Positions 1 to 12,569 of a stretch of DNA of 64,000 bases are shown piece after piece (positions within the stretch are counted from its first letter, which is position 1; each line of letters begins with the position of its first letter). The notes beneath the pieces were generated by a model that ran no database searches, was not told the DNA's origin, and saw only the letters and a program-made list of their open reading frames with translations. A program made the translations under genes and the position numbers. Source of the DNA: an uncultured Deinococcaceae bacterium (GTDB lineage Bacteria; Deinococcota; Deinococci; Deinococcales; Deinococcaceae); contig CAXULY010000016.1 of assembly GCA_964252075.1 (NCBI GenBank), positions 47,689 through 111,688 on the forward strand, in the 5' to 3' direction.

Positions 1-640
1 AGCCGCCGCCCACGTCCAGCACGTCCAGTGGCCCCGTGACGCCCGCGAGGTCCGCGACGCGCTCGTAGGCGTCACTGAAGTCCTGCGCGTCCCGGATGGC
101 GCTCCCGATGTGCAGGTGCAGGCCGCGCACCGTGTGGCCCGCCACGCGCAGTTCGCCCAGCGCGCCGGGCACGTCCTCCAGGCGCACGCCGAACTTGCTG
201 ATGGCGGCGCCCGTGGCGAGATGGTCGTGCGTGCTGACGTCCAGCGCGGGGTTCACGCGCAGGATGACGGTGGACGCGGGCGGCAGGAGCGCCGCCTCGC
301 CCGCGCGGTCCACGATGAAGGTCGCGCCCAGCTCGCCGCCCAGCGCGTACTCCGCCTCGCTCTTCGCGGGGCCGTTCACGAGGATGTCGTTGCTGGTGGC
401 GCCCACGAAACGCGCGCGTTCCAGCTCACCGAGGGATACGCACTCGAAGCCCACGCCCGCCGCGTGCCAGCGCGAGAGCAGCGTGAGGTTCGGGTTGGCC
501 TTCATGGCGTAGAAGATCCGGGCGCGCCCGAAGGCGGTGCGCACGCGCAGCAGCGCGGCGTCCAGTTCGGCGGCGTCGTACACGTACAGCGGCGTCCCGA
601 ATTGACCGGCGGCGTCGAGCAGTTGGGCGTCGGAGAGCAT
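1..640 (-). CDS. lysA: diaminopimelate decarboxylase (3' end outside window)
   Basis: Manual minus-strand translation from ATG at 640: MLSDAQLLDAAGQFGTPLYVYDAAELDAALLRVRTAFGRARIFYAMKANPNL; GTPLYVYD and PLP-lysine YAMKAN motifs. Confidence 0.9.
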   Translation of the reverse strand, partial: MLSDAQLLDAAGQFGTPLYVYDAAELDAALLRVRTAFGRARIFYAMKANPNLTLLSRWHAAGVGFECVSLGELERARFVGATSNDILVNGPAKSEAEYALGGELGATFIVDRAGEAALLPPASTVILRVNPALDVSTHDHLATGAAISKFGVRLEDVPGALGELRVAGHTVRGLHLHIGSAIRDAQDFSDAYERVADLAGVTGPLDVLDVGGG

Positions 641-738
641 GACCTTCAGCGTAGCGCGGCGCGCCCCACGCGTTGACTTCCGCGCGGTGAGTTCCGTCAC
701 GCGGCGCGCGCGGCCCCCCTGCTACACTCCTGAAGCCC

Positions 739-1854
<1,116 letters not shown>

Positions 1855-1870
1855 GGCGAATCGCGCAGCG

Positions 1871-1901
1871 AGAAGGGCTGAGGCACCGCCTCAGCCCTTC
1901 T
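1871..1901. terminator. hairpin between convergent mnmA and greA, likely bidirectional terminator
   Basis: AGAAGGGCTGAGGC-acc-GCCTCAGCCCTTCT perfect inverted repeat. Confidence 0.7.
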
Positions 1902-1915
1902 GCCATGCTGGTTCC

Positions 1916-2386
<471 letters not shown>

Positions 2387-2441
2387 AACCTCGTCATTAT
2401 AGGCCGGGGGGCGGGGCGCCGCACCGCGCTCCCGGACCCGG

Positions 2442-3518
<1,077 letters not shown>

Positions 3519-3747
3519 GGGTCAAAACCTCCTGAAGCGGCGCGTTGCGCGGCACGGGACCCTTGCGGACCCGCGCCGTTTCGGCGTGCCTTCACTTCAT
3601 TCTGCATCAACACTCACGCGCGTCGGGGCGCAAGTGGGGCATGGTGGGGGCGCCGCACTGCAGTCAAGGCGCGTCAGGGGCCAGACGCTTCCGCCCGATC
3701 AGTGGGCTGCGTCCTCCGACGTGGCCGCACCGCGAGCAGCGCTGGGC

Positions 3748-5070
3748 TCAGTCGCGCTGCCCGCTGCGGTTCGCGTCCGGCGCGCCCAGGTGCGCCAGCA
3801 CCTCGCGCGCGGCGCGTTCGCCGCTCATCAGCGCGCCCTCCATGGTGGCGGTGTGCCCCGCCGTGGCGGTCGCCTCACCCGCGAAGAACAACGTGTTCGC
3901 CATGGGCGCGCTCAGGGCGTCGCGCGCCTCCAGCGCGCCCGCCGGGACGAAGCTGTACGCGCCGCGCGCGTACGGGTCCGCGCCCCAGTCGTGGTAATGC
4001 CAGCCCACCACCTGCGCGCCCACCAGCGTGTGCGGCAGGTTCAGGGCCCGCGCGAGGCTCTCCAGCACCACGCTGCGCAACTCTGCCTCACCGAGCGCCC
4101 GCAGGTGCTCGGCGGCCCGCCCGCCCGCCCACGCCACCAGGAGGGGCGCGTGCGCGGGCAGGCGGGTCCAGAAGGTCGGGACCGCCTCTGCGGTCTGCAG
4201 GAACTTCAGGGCGAACAGGCTGGCCCCGTCCGCCCGCAGGTCCTCCCAGAAGCGGTCCCGGAAGCGCAGCGTGACCTTCACGACGCTGCCCATCGCGAGG
4301 CGCCGCGCCGCCGCGCGGTGCTCCGGCACGTCCGGCGCGAAGGTCACGGCGCCCTCACCGGCCTCCGCCTGCCACACCCCGATGGGCAGCGTCACGACCG
4401 CCGCGCGCGCGTGCAGCGGGCCGCGGCTGGTGTCCACCGCCACCTCGCCCGGGGCCCAGCGCACCTCGCGCACCACGTGCCCCAGGTGCAGGGCGCCCTG
4501 CAGGTCCGCCGCGAGGTGCGTGGCGAGGCGGTCGTTGCCGCTCAGCGTGTGGAACTGCCCGCTGGTCTGCCCGCCCGGTTCGTTCGCCTCCACCTCCAGA
4601 AACCAGCGCAGGCTCACTTCATCCACGGGCGCCGCGTCGAAGCCCTCCACGTACTGCGCGACGCGCGCCCGCACCTCCCGCCACGTGTCGCCCGGCACGA
4701 CCGTTTCCAGCGCCCTCTGGAGCGTCACGTCCGCGCCCTCGCGCGGCAGGTGCGGCAGCACCTCATCCAGCCCGACGCGGATGCCGTCCTCGCGCCGCAG
4801 ACCCGCGTGACTCGACCAGGAGTCCCCGGTCGTCTCGATCAGCGCGGCGCCCGCCTCGCGCAGCAACCGCCAGCTGAGGCTGTCGGGCCCCTCGATGAAC
4901 TCCGCGCCGTACTCGATGGGGTGCGGGATTTCCTGATCCATGCGGGAGTACACGCGGCCCCCCACCCGCTCGCGCGCCTCCACCACCTGCACGCTCAGGC
5001 CCGCGCGCCGCAGGGTGCGGGCGGCCATCAGGCCCGCCAGGCCCGCCCCGATCACAATCACGTCCGTCAT
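3748..5070 (-). CDS. flavin-dependent amine oxidase family protein
   Basis: GAGLAGL Rossmann motif, EARERVGGR, WGADPYARGAYS, FAGEAT, TMEGALMSG. Confidence 0.88.
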   Translation of the reverse strand: MTDVIVIGAGLAGLMAARTLRRAGLSVQVVEARERVGGRVYSRMDQEIPHPIEYGAEFIEGPDSLSWRLLREAGAALIETTGDSWSSHAGLRREDGIRVGLDEVLPHLPREGADVTLQRALETVVPGDTWREVRARVAQYVEGFDAAPVDEVSLRWFLEVEANEPGGQTSGQFHTLSGNDRLATHLAADLQGALHLGHVVREVRWAPGEVAVDTSRGPLHARAAVVTLPIGVWQAEAGEGAVTFAPDVPEHRAAARRLAMGSVVKVTLRFRDRFWEDLRADGASLFALKFLQTAEAVPTFWTRLPAHAPLLVAWAGGRAAEHLRALGEAELRSVVLESLARALNLPHTLVGAQVVGWHYHDWGADPYARGAYSFVPAGALEARDALSAPMANTLFFAGEATATAGHTATMEGALMSGERAAREVLAHLGAPDANRSGQRD

Positions 5071-5147
5071 GCGCTCAGCTTAGGGGCCACCCGAGGGTGT
5101 TGGGGTGCAGGAGGGTCAGCGCGGCTTCACGCGGCCGCCGCCCACCC

Positions 5148-5525
5148 TCAGCGCCCCAGCGAGCGCACCCGGAACGCGCGCTCCAGCAGCACGTCCAGCA
5201 GCCAGCTCACCACCGTCAGGACCAGCGCGCCGACCACCGCCGCGCTGAAGTCCGCGACGTTCAGGCGCGTGAGGCCCGCCACGATCAGCAGCACCACGGC
5301 GTTCACGACCAGCGTGAAGAGCCCCAGCGTCAGGAGGTTCAGCGGCAGCGCGAGCAGCAGCAGCACCGGCCGGATCAGGGCGTTCACGAGGCCCAGCACC
5401 AGCCCCGCCAGCAGCGCGCTGAACGCGTCCGGCTCACCCTGGAAGTACACGCCCTGGCGGTACACGAGCGCCGTGAGCCACAACGCGAGCGCGTTCACGA
5501 CGACCTTGATGATGAAGTTCCGCAT
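5148..5525 (-). CDS. YvlD-like 4-TM 'phage holin family' membrane protein
   Basis: LGLVNALIRPVLLLLALPLNLLTLGLFTLVVNA signature; start placed at MRNFIIK. Confidence 0.8.
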   Translation of the reverse strand: MRNFIIKVVVNALALWLTALVYRQGVYFQGEPDAFSALLAGLVLGLVNALIRPVLLLLALPLNLLTLGLFTLVVNAVVLLIVAGLTRLNVADFSAAVVGALVLTVVSWLLDVLLERAFRVRSLGR

Positions 5526-5583
5526 ACGGCCAGCGTAAAGGAGGCCCTGCCTGGCACATGAACCCACGCGTTACGCTGACGTC

Positions 5584-6222
5584 ATGCCCATGACCTCCAG
5601 CACCCTGGGCGCGCCCCTCCCCGCGCTGCTGTACACCCCCCCGAGCGCGAGCGAGGACGCGCCCCTGCCGCTCATCCTGTTCCTGCACGGCTCGGGCGAA
5701 CGCGGGCGCGACCTGAACCGCCTGCGCCTGCACGGCCTCCCGCGCGAACTTGAGGGGGGGCGTGACCTGCCCGCGTACGTCGTCGCGCCGCAGTGCCCGG
5801 AGGACGTGTGGTGGGACGCCATCACGGGTGACCTCAGCGCCCTGCTGGACGCGGTGGAGGCGCGCGTGCGGGTGGACCCGGACCGGGTGCTCGTCACGGG
5901 CCTCAGCATGGGCGGCTACGGCACGTGGGCGCTCGCCCTGCGCGAACCGCGGCGCTTCGCGGCGCTCGCGCCCATCTGCGGTGGCGGCGACCCCACGCGC
6001 GCCGCCGAGATCGCACACATCCCCGAGTGGGTGTTCCACGGCGCGCTCGACGACGTGGTGCCCGCCCGCAACTCCGAGGAGATGGTCGCGGCCCTGCGCG
6101 CGGCGGGCGGGGACGTGCGCTTCACCCTGTACCCGGACCTCGCGCACGATTCCTGGACGCGCGCCTACGGTGAGCAGGCGCTGTACGACTGGCTGCTCGC
6201 GCAGCGGAGGGCCACGGGCTAA
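5584..6222 (+). CDS. alpha/beta hydrolase (carboxylesterase/predicted peptidase)
   Basis: LFLHGSGERG, GLSMGGYG nucleophile elbow, FHGALDDVV, YPDLAHDSW. Confidence 0.85.
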   Translation: MPMTSSTLGAPLPALLYTPPSASEDAPLPLILFLHGSGERGRDLNRLRLHGLPRELEGGRDLPAYVVAPQCPEDVWWDAITGDLSALLDAVEARVRVDPDRVLVTGLSMGGYGTWALALREPRRFAALAPICGGGDPTRAAEIAHIPEWVFHGALDDVVPARNSEEMVAALRAAGGDVRFTLYPDLAHDSWTRAYGEQALYDWLLAQRRATG

Positions 6223-6743
6223 GGCTGGGCCGCGTCTCGCAGGGCCGCCAGCGCGCCGCGCAGCGCCCCCGTCACCTCGGGCCGGGCGGCCAGCGTGTCC
6301 GGTGCCTGCGCCGGCCCGGCCAGCGGCACGCGCAGGCAGGCGCCCTCCACCAGCCGCGCGGACATCACCCCCAGCGTCTCGCGCAGGTTCGCCTGCGCGA
6401 AATCCGCCTGCATGGACGCGTTCAGCAGGCCCACCGGCCTCCCGACCAGTTCGCCGCTGCCCACCACCCAGTCCAGCGCGTTCTTGAAGGCGCCCGGCAG
6501 GCCGTGCGCGTACTCCGGGCAGCAGATCAGCACGGCGTCCGACGCGGCCAGCGCCGCCTGGAAGGCCCGCACGGGCTCGGGCGCCTGGTCCTCATGGTCC
6601 GGGTTGAAGGGCGGTAGCTCCGCCAGGCCCTCGAAGGGCGTGACCGTCACGCCTTCGGGCGCCACCAGGGCCGCCGCTGCCAGCAGCGCGGTGTTCTTCG
6701 ATACCCGCCGCAGGCTGCCCGACAGGGCCAGCACCCGCATCAC
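6219..6743 (-). CDS. NADPH-dependent FMN reductase
   Basis: SGSLRRVSKN, PEYAHGLPGAFKNALDW. Confidence 0.9.
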   Translation of the reverse strand: MMRVLALSGSLRRVSKNTALLAAAALVAPEGVTVTPFEGLAELPPFNPDHEDQAPEPVRAFQAALAASDAVLICCPEYAHGLPGAFKNALDWVVGSGELVGRPVGLLNASMQADFAQANLRETLGVMSARLVEGACLRVPLAGPAQAPDTLAARPEVTGALRGALAALRDAAQP

Positions 6744-8047
6744 AGCCCGAAGCGGGCGTACACGTCATTCACGTGCCGCAGGTACCACGTCAGGTCGAAG
6801 GCCCGGTCCAGGTCCTCGGGCGTCAGGGGGCTCTCCGGGTCCGCGAGCAGCAGGTCCCGCAGGTGCCCGCCCTCCTCCCACACGCGCAGGGAGTTGCGCT
6901 GCACGATCGCGTACGCCGCCTCGCGGCTCAGGCCGCGCTCGTCAATCAGCAGGTGCAGCACCCGCTGGCTGAACACCAGGCCGCCCAGCGCGTTCAGGTT
7001 CGCGAGCATGCGCGCGGGGAACACCACGAGGTCCCGCAGCACGCCCGTGAGGCGCCGCGTCGCGTAACTCGCGGCGCCCGTCGCGTCCGGCAGGATCACG
7101 CGCTCCGCGCTGGAGTGGCTGATGTCCCGCTCGTGCCACAGCGCCACGTTCTCCAGGCCCGTCACGAGGAAGCCACGCAGCAGCCGCGCGAAGCCCGTGA
7201 CGTTCTCCGTCAGGATGGGGTTCTTCTTGTGCGGCATGGAGCTGCTGCCCTTCTGCCCGACCGCGAAGGGCTCCATCGCCTCGCGCACCTCGGTGCGCTG
7301 CAGGTGCCGCACCTCCACCGCGATCTTCTCCAGCGTCGCGCCCAGAATGGCGAGCGCCGCGAGCACCTCCGCGTGGCGGTCGCGCGACAGGGTCTGGTTC
7401 GTGACGGGCGCCGCGCGCCAGCCCCACTGGGACGCCACGCGCTCCTCCACCTGCGGGCTCACGTGCGCGTAGGTGCCGACGCTGCCTGACAGCATCACCA
7501 CCCGCACGCGCTCCCGCGCGGCGCGCAGGCGCTCCAGGTCGCGGTCGAGCGCCGCCATCCAGTTCAGGAACTTCAGGCCGAAGGTCATGGGCTCCGCGTG
7601 GATGCCGTGCGTGCGCCCGATGGTGGGCGTGTGCTTGTGCGTGATGGCCTGCGCGCGGCACACCTCGCGCAGCGCCTCCACGTCCATGATGATGATGCGC
7701 AGCGCCTCGTCGAGCAGCAGGTTCTGCGCGGTGTCCACCACGTCCGTGCTGGTCAGGCCGTGGTGCACGAAGCGCGCGTTCTCGCCGTAGCGCTCGCTGA
7801 GCGCCGTCGTGAACGCCACGATGTCGTGGCGCGTCACGGCCTCCACCTCTGCCACCCGCGCGGCGAAGGCCTCATCGAGGGGGTCGGCGTGGCTGCGCGC
7901 CACGAGGTCCCCGTGCGCCTCCAGCGGCACCTCGCCCAGCTCCGCCTGCGCCTGCATGGCCGCGAGTTCCACGCGCAGCCACGCGCGGTACTTGTTCGCC
8001 TCGCTCCACAGGGCGCGCATTTCGGGGGTCAGGTAACGGTCAATCAT
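6740..8047 (-). CDS. purB: adenylosuccinate lyase
   Basis: MIDRY start, TRHDI, GRTHGIHAEP, GSSSMPHKKNP, WHERDISHSSAER. Confidence 0.97.
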   Translation of the reverse strand: MIDRYLTPEMRALWSEANKYRAWLRVELAAMQAQAELGEVPLEAHGDLVARSHADPLDEAFAARVAEVEAVTRHDIVAFTTALSERYGENARFVHHGLTSTDVVDTAQNLLLDEALRIIIMDVEALREVCRAQAITHKHTPTIGRTHGIHAEPMTFGLKFLNWMAALDRDLERLRAARERVRVVMLSGSVGTYAHVSPQVEERVASQWGWRAAPVTNQTLSRDRHAEVLAALAILGATLEKIAVEVRHLQRTEVREAMEPFAVGQKGSSSMPHKKNPILTENVTGFARLLRGFLVTGLENVALWHERDISHSSAERVILPDATGAASYATRRLTGVLRDLVVFPARMLANLNALGGLVFSQRVLHLLIDERGLSREAAYAIVQRNSLRVWEEGGHLRDLLLADPESPLTPEDLDRAFDLTWYLRHVNDVYARFGL

Positions 8048-8090
8048 GACGCGAGGATACCGTGCCCGCGCGGGCGCGAACGGCCCGCCC

Positions 8091-8753
8091 TCAGCCGCCC
8101 GCTGGAGCGCTGTCCGACCCGAAGCCCCGCACACCCACCCACAGCACCCGCGCGCCCGGCTGCAGCAGCGCCTCCGCCGGAATGAACGCGTTCCACACCT
8201 GATTCCTGGGCACCACGTCCGGCTTCCCGATCGCATGGTTCAGCTGGTTCTGCAGGTTCGAGCAGTAGAACGTCTCGTTCTGCCCGCTCAGGTTGTACGG
8301 GCGGCCCCGCACGCGCCGCAACTCCGCGCGCAGCGCCGGCATCTGCTCGTCCGTCACGCCCTCATCCAGCACGATCACCGCGTAGCGCGCGTACAGCAGG
8401 CTGATGGGGTACTCGTTCGCGCCGCGCGACGGCCAGGTGTCCGCCAGCGTGCTGTCCGACAGCTTGCGCGTGATGTGCGAACACGGCCCCCAGAAGTTGC
8501 TCACGTCGGTGTCCTGCCAGCACGCCACGATCACGCTGCCCGGAGGTGCGCGGCGCAGCGCTTCCGGGATGGAGGTGAGCTGCGCCGCCGCGACGCGCTG
8601 CGTGACGAGCACGCTCGCGGCGTCCGTCTGGGTGAGGCCCGCGTCCGGCCGGAAGTTCAGGTTCCGCACGCCCAGGGTCGGGAGGCAACCGGACAGCAGC
8701 GCCGCGAGCGGCAACACCAGCCATGGAGTGAGAAGGCGGTGAGAGAACGCCAT
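8091..8753 (-). CDS. lipoprotein with permuted NlpC/P60 (YiiX/YebB-like) domain
   Basis: Lipobox LLSGC; His (CSHI) precedes GRPYN...FYCSNL Cys, i.e. permuted order. Confidence 0.65.
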   Translation of the reverse strand: MAFSHRLLTPWLVLPLAALLSGCLPTLGVRNLNFRPDAGLTQTDAASVLVTQRVAAAQLTSIPEALRRAPPGSVIVACWQDTDVSNFWGPCSHITRKLSDSTLADTWPSRGANEYPISLLYARYAVIVLDEGVTDEQMPALRAELRRVRGRPYNLSGQNETFYCSNLQNQLNHAIGKPDVVPRNQVWNAFIPAEALLQPGARVLWVGVRGFGSDSAPAGG

Positions 8754-8847
8754 GCCGTAGTTTATCGCGCCACCACGCACCCCGCCCACGCATTTCATCT
8801 CAATTCCCGAACGGCAGCGCCACGTCCGCCCACCTACACTGAAACCC

Positions 8848-9636
8848 ATGACCCGTCCGGACCTCCACACCTACCTCGACACCGCCATCCGCGCCGCGCG
8901 CGCCGCGGGCGCCATTCACCTCGCGCACGCGGAACAGCCCCACACCATCGACCGCAAATCCACGTACTCCGACCTCGTCACCGAGGTGGACCGCCTCGCG
9001 GAAACCGAAATCCGCCGCATCATCCTCGACGCGCACCCCAACCACGCCATCCTTGGCGAGGAGGAAGGCGAGCTCGGCAGCGGCGCGCACGACGCCCTGT
9101 GGGTCGTGGACCCCCTCGACGGCACCGTGAACTACGCGCACGGCCTCCCCATCTACTGCGCCTCCGTCGGCCTGGAACTGAACGGCGAACGCATGGTGGG
9201 CGCCGTGTACGACCCCACCCGCGATGAACTCTTCACCGCCGTGCGCGGCGGCGGCGCGCACCTCAACGGACGGCGCGTCCACGTGTCACGCACGGACCAC
9301 GACGGCCCACCGCTCGTCGCCACCGGCTTCGCGTACGACGTCGCGGACGACCAGAGCAACGTCGCGCTCCTGCAGCGCGTGCTGAGCGAAGGCTGGCCCG
9401 TCCGCCGCCCCGGCGCCGCCGCCCTCGACCTCTGCAACGTCGCCTGCGGCCGCATGGACGCGTACTGGGAACTGGGCCTCAAACGCTGGGACGCCGCCGC
9501 CGCCAGCCTCATCCTCGAAGAGGCGGGCGGTCGCGTCACGGACGCGCAGGGCGCCCCCACCCCCTACGCGCGCGTGATCGTCGCCAGCAACGGCGTGCTG
9601 CACGACGCCCTGCTGCGGCTGCTCGCGCACCCATGA
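8848..9636 (+). CDS. suhB: inositol monophosphatase family protein
   Basis: DLVTEVD, ILGEE, WVVDPLDGTVNY, WDAAA. Confidence 0.9.
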   Translation: MTRPDLHTYLDTAIRAARAAGAIHLAHAEQPHTIDRKSTYSDLVTEVDRLAETEIRRIILDAHPNHAILGEEEGELGSGAHDALWVVDPLDGTVNYAHGLPIYCASVGLELNGERMVGAVYDPTRDELFTAVRGGGAHLNGRRVHVSRTDHDGPPLVATGFAYDVADDQSNVALLQRVLSEGWPVRRPGAAALDLCNVACGRMDAYWELGLKRWDAAAASLILEEAGGRVTDAQGAPTPYARVIVASNGVLHDALLRLLAHP

Positions 9637-9818
9637 AGTCCGGCTGGACGCTCCCCGCCTTCACCGTGTTCCTGCTGATCGTGCTGAACATCGGCGGGCT
9701 GGTCTCGGTGGTGCTGGACGTGGGGGGCGGGCACTGGGCGGGGTTGTGGAAGCTCCTGGCGGTGGCCGCGCTGGACCTGCTGGGCTTCGGGCTGCTGCGC
9801 TGGATGCGGGAGGACTGA
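9633..9818 (+). CDS. small two-TM membrane protein
   Basis: 61 aa, two hydrophobic segments, ATGA overlap with suhB stop. Confidence 0.65.
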   Translation: MKSGWTLPAFTVFLLIVLNIGGLVSVVLDVGGGHWAGLWKLLAVAALDLLGFGLLRWMRED

Positions 9819-9914
9819 GGGGCGCGCGGGCCTTCGTGGGCGCGGAAGATTTGCTTATGTCCGGACGGTGGCCCGCCGCGCTGGGCTGCCGGGCTCCCAG
9901 GTGGTCCCTGCCGC

Positions 9915-11105
9915 TCAGTCGGCGGGGGAGAGGCTGGGATTCGGAGCGGCGGAGCGCCAGGCCGCAAGCACCGGCAGGGCGCACACCACGAGGCACCCCG
10001 TGGCGAGCGCCGCGAACCCCACCTGCGCGATCACGAGGCCGCCCACCAGGGTGCCCGTCGCGGCCAGCAGGTACCCGAGGGCGTCCACGCTGCCCTGCGC
10101 GCTGCGGTACGCGGTGAGCACCTTCGCGGCGGACAGCGCGCACAGGTTCCACCCCAGACCCAGCAGGAACATCGAGACCGCGATGGCCGCCTCGCCCGGC
10201 AGCAGGGCGCTGGCCGCCGCCGCGGCGAGCAGCACGCCGCCTGAAGCGTACCCGAAGCGCACGCCGAGCCGGTCAATGAGCGGCCCCGTGAACCACCCGA
10301 AGCCGAACATGCCCGTGATGTGCCCCGTCACGATGCCCGCCACACCCATGTGATTCATGCCCATGTGGTGCGCGCGCAGCGGCGTGAGGGACATCAGGGT
10401 GACCATCAGGCCCTGCGCCGTCGCGCCCGCCACGGCGGCCCACACCAGCTCGCGCGGCCAGCGGCCCATACGCGCCGCGCTCCGGGTGACGCCGCCGGAC
10501 TCCGCCCTGCTGGGCCGCCACGCCAGGGTCAGAAGCGCGCCCAGCAGCAGGAACACCGCCGCGAGCGTCCAGCCCGCCGCCTCCACGCTGGTGTTCAGGC
10601 GCGCCGCAACCACACCGAGGACTGGGGTGAGCAGCGTCCCCACGCCCGACCCCAGCACGGACGCCAGCATCAGCAGACCCAGCGCGAGGCCCCGGTGCCG
10701 CGCGGGCACGCTCTCCGCGGCGGCGTAGCGGCCCTGCTGGAAGCCGCCCTGCGCCGCGCCGATCATCGCGGAGCCCAGCAGGAACACCGGGAGGCTGTGC
10801 GCCAGCACGCCCCCGAAACCCACCAGCGCGCCCACCGCGCCGAGGCTGTACGCGCTGACCAGCCCACCTCGCCGCCCGAAGCGCAGCATCAGCCACCCGA
10901 AGGCGCCCGCCGACAGCGCCGAGGCGAGCGTCACGGTGGTGGACGGCAGGCCCGAGAGCGCCTCGTGCCCCATCGCCGCGACGATCAGGCTGCCCAGCAC
11001 CGTCGAGGACGTCGTGGCGCCCGTCGCGAGCGCCTGCGCCAGGAACAGCAGCACCAGCCGCACGTTCAGCACGCCCGGCCCGGCGGGGGCGGCGCCCGCC
11101 TTCAC
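9915..11105 (-). CDS. MFS transporter
   Basis: Multiple TM helices; RFGRR and GPLIDRLG loop motifs. Confidence 0.85.
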   Translation of the reverse strand: MKAGAAPAGPGVLNVRLVLLFLAQALATGATTSSTVLGSLIVAAMGHEALSGLPSTTVTLASALSAGAFGWLMLRFGRRGGLVSAYSLGAVGALVGFGGVLAHSLPVFLLGSAMIGAAQGGFQQGRYAAAESVPARHRGLALGLLMLASVLGSGVGTLLTPVLGVVAARLNTSVEAAGWTLAAVFLLLGALLTLAWRPSRAESGGVTRSAARMGRWPRELVWAAVAGATAQGLMVTLMSLTPLRAHHMGMNHMGVAGIVTGHITGMFGFGWFTGPLIDRLGVRFGYASGGVLLAAAAASALLPGEAAIAVSMFLLGLGWNLCALSAAKVLTAYRSAQGSVDALGYLLAATGTLVGGLVIAQVGFAALATGCLVVCALPVLAAWRSAAPNPSLSPAD

Positions 11106-11551
11106 GCGCTCTGCTGGGCCCAGCGCTGCGGCACGACCTCACGCAGGTACGTCACGGGCGCGTCCGTGCTGGCGCCCGGCGTGAACACCCGACCCACCCC
11201 CAGTTCCTCCAGCTTCGGCAGGTCCACGTCCGGGATGATGCCGCCGCCGAACACCACGATGTCCGTCGCGTCGTGCTCGCGCAGCAGGGCCATCACCTCC
11301 CGGAAGTAATGCATGTGCGCGCCGGACAGCACGCTCAGGCCGATGGCGTCCACGTCCTCCTGCAGGGCGGCGTTCACGATCATCTCGGCGGTCTGGCGCA
11401 GACCCGTGTAAATGACTTCCATCCCGGCGTCGCGCAGCGCGCGGGCGATCACCTTGGCGCCCCGGTCGTGGCCGTCCATGCCCGGCTTGGCGATGAGCAC
11501 ACGGATGCGCCGTTCGGTGGGGTCGGCGGTCTGGCTGCTGGGCTGTGACAT
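11102..11551 (-). CDS. stand-alone cobalamin-binding subunit of an acyl-CoA (methylmalonyl-CoA) mutase
   Basis: [13 protein letters not shown] (DxHxxG), [15 protein letters not shown]. Confidence 0.92.
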   Translation of the reverse strand: MSQPSSQTADPTERRIRVLIAKPGMDGHDRGAKVIARALRDAGMEVIYTGLRQTAEMIVNAALQEDVDAIGLSVLSGAHMHYFREVMALLREHDATDIVVFGGGIIPDVDLPKLEELGVGRVFTPGASTDAPVTYLREVVPQRWAQQSA

Positions 11552-11650
11552 GACGAGGTCAGTCTACCGCGAGGCCCCCGCGAAGTCCCAGGCGCGCCAC
11601 CTGTCGCGTTTCTTCAAGCGTCGCGCCCGCGCCGCGCGTCAGACTCAGGC

Positions 11651-12022
11651 ATGACCCCCTCTGCACGGCTCGCGAACGTGAACCTGCTGGTCGAGGACCC
11701 CGAGCGCGCCCGCGCCTTCTCCCTGGGCGCCTTCGGCCTGATCATGGATGAGCGCCGCTCCGCCCCGCCGCACATGCTGATCCTGGGTTCGGGCGTCACG
11801 CTGAACTTCAAGACCGCCCGCACCGAGGAGGCCGGGAAGGCGCGCGGCCCCGGCGACACCGAACTGGGCTTCGAGACGCCCGACCTGGAGGGCGCGCGCG
11901 ACGCCGTGCTGGCCCTCGGCGGGCAGGCGGGACCCATCCGCGAGTACGGCTTCGGGCGGAGCTTCGACGCGCACGACCCGGACGGCCACCCCCTCAGCGT
12001 CTACACCCTGCGCGAGGCGTGA
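11651..12022 (+). CDS. VOC/glyoxalase family protein
   Basis: VNLLVED, ELGFET, FDAHDPDGH. Confidence 0.8.
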   Translation: MTPSARLANVNLLVEDPERARAFSLGAFGLIMDERRSAPPHMLILGSGVTLNFKTARTEEAGKARGPGDTELGFETPDLEGARDAVLALGGQAGPIREYGFGRSFDAHDPDGHPLSVYTLREA

Positions 12023-12043
12023 ACGCACACTAGGCGCGACCGG

Positions 12044-12526
12044 GTGAACCTGGATGCCCTGGGCGCGCAGACCGTGAAGGCCCGCGCGGTGCTGCTGGAG
12101 TACTGCACCTCGCTGCCCGCCCCGGTGTTCCTGGCAGCGGAGCCCGAGTACGGGCAGGGCAGCATGGGCGACACCCTCGCGCACGTCGCTCACTGCTACG
12201 GCGCCTGGACGGGCCGCGTGTGCCTGAACGCGCCCCTCCCCGCGGTGGAGCCCGCCGATCTGCCGGACGTGGCGGCCATCACCGTGCGCTTCGCGCAGGT
12301 GGACGCGCTGGTCTGGCGGGCCATCCGCGAGTTCACCGGGCTGGACGCGCCCTTCGACTGGACCGCCCCCTCGGGCTAGACCTTCACGGTCACGCGGCGC
12401 TGGCTGCTGCACCCCATCACGCACGAATTTCATCACAAGGGGCAGGTGCTCACGCTGGGCCGCAAGCTGGGGCACCCCCTGCCACCCGAGTTCGACACGG
12501 ATCTCCCGCCCGTGGGCGGCTGGTGA
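12044..12526 (+). pseudogene. DinB family protein interrupted by one in-frame TAG (12377-12379)
   Basis: GSMGDTLAHVAH before the stop; the same frame continues after it as TFTVTRRWLLHPITHEFHHKGQVLTLGRKLGHP...GGW*, containing the DinB HExHHxGQ motif. Confidence 0.8.
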
Positions 12527-12569
12527 ACGACAGGGGCCCCGGCGCGCTGGAGCCCCTGAGCGCTGCACG

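Noticed and set aside
5148..5525. 'Phage holin' gene (also 58700-59218) as evidence of a prophage
   Set aside because: Both belong to widespread chromosomal membrane-protein families; no endolysin, integrase or structural phage genes are present
11102..11551. Truncated methylmalonyl-CoA mutase pseudogene
   Set aside because: Stand-alone B12-binding small subunits are a known split-mutase architecture, and this ORF is intact with its own -10 box
12377..12379. Pyrrolysine recoding of the dinB TAG
   Set aside because: No pyl genes in the window and not expected in this lineage; a single nonsense mutation or sequencing error is simpler
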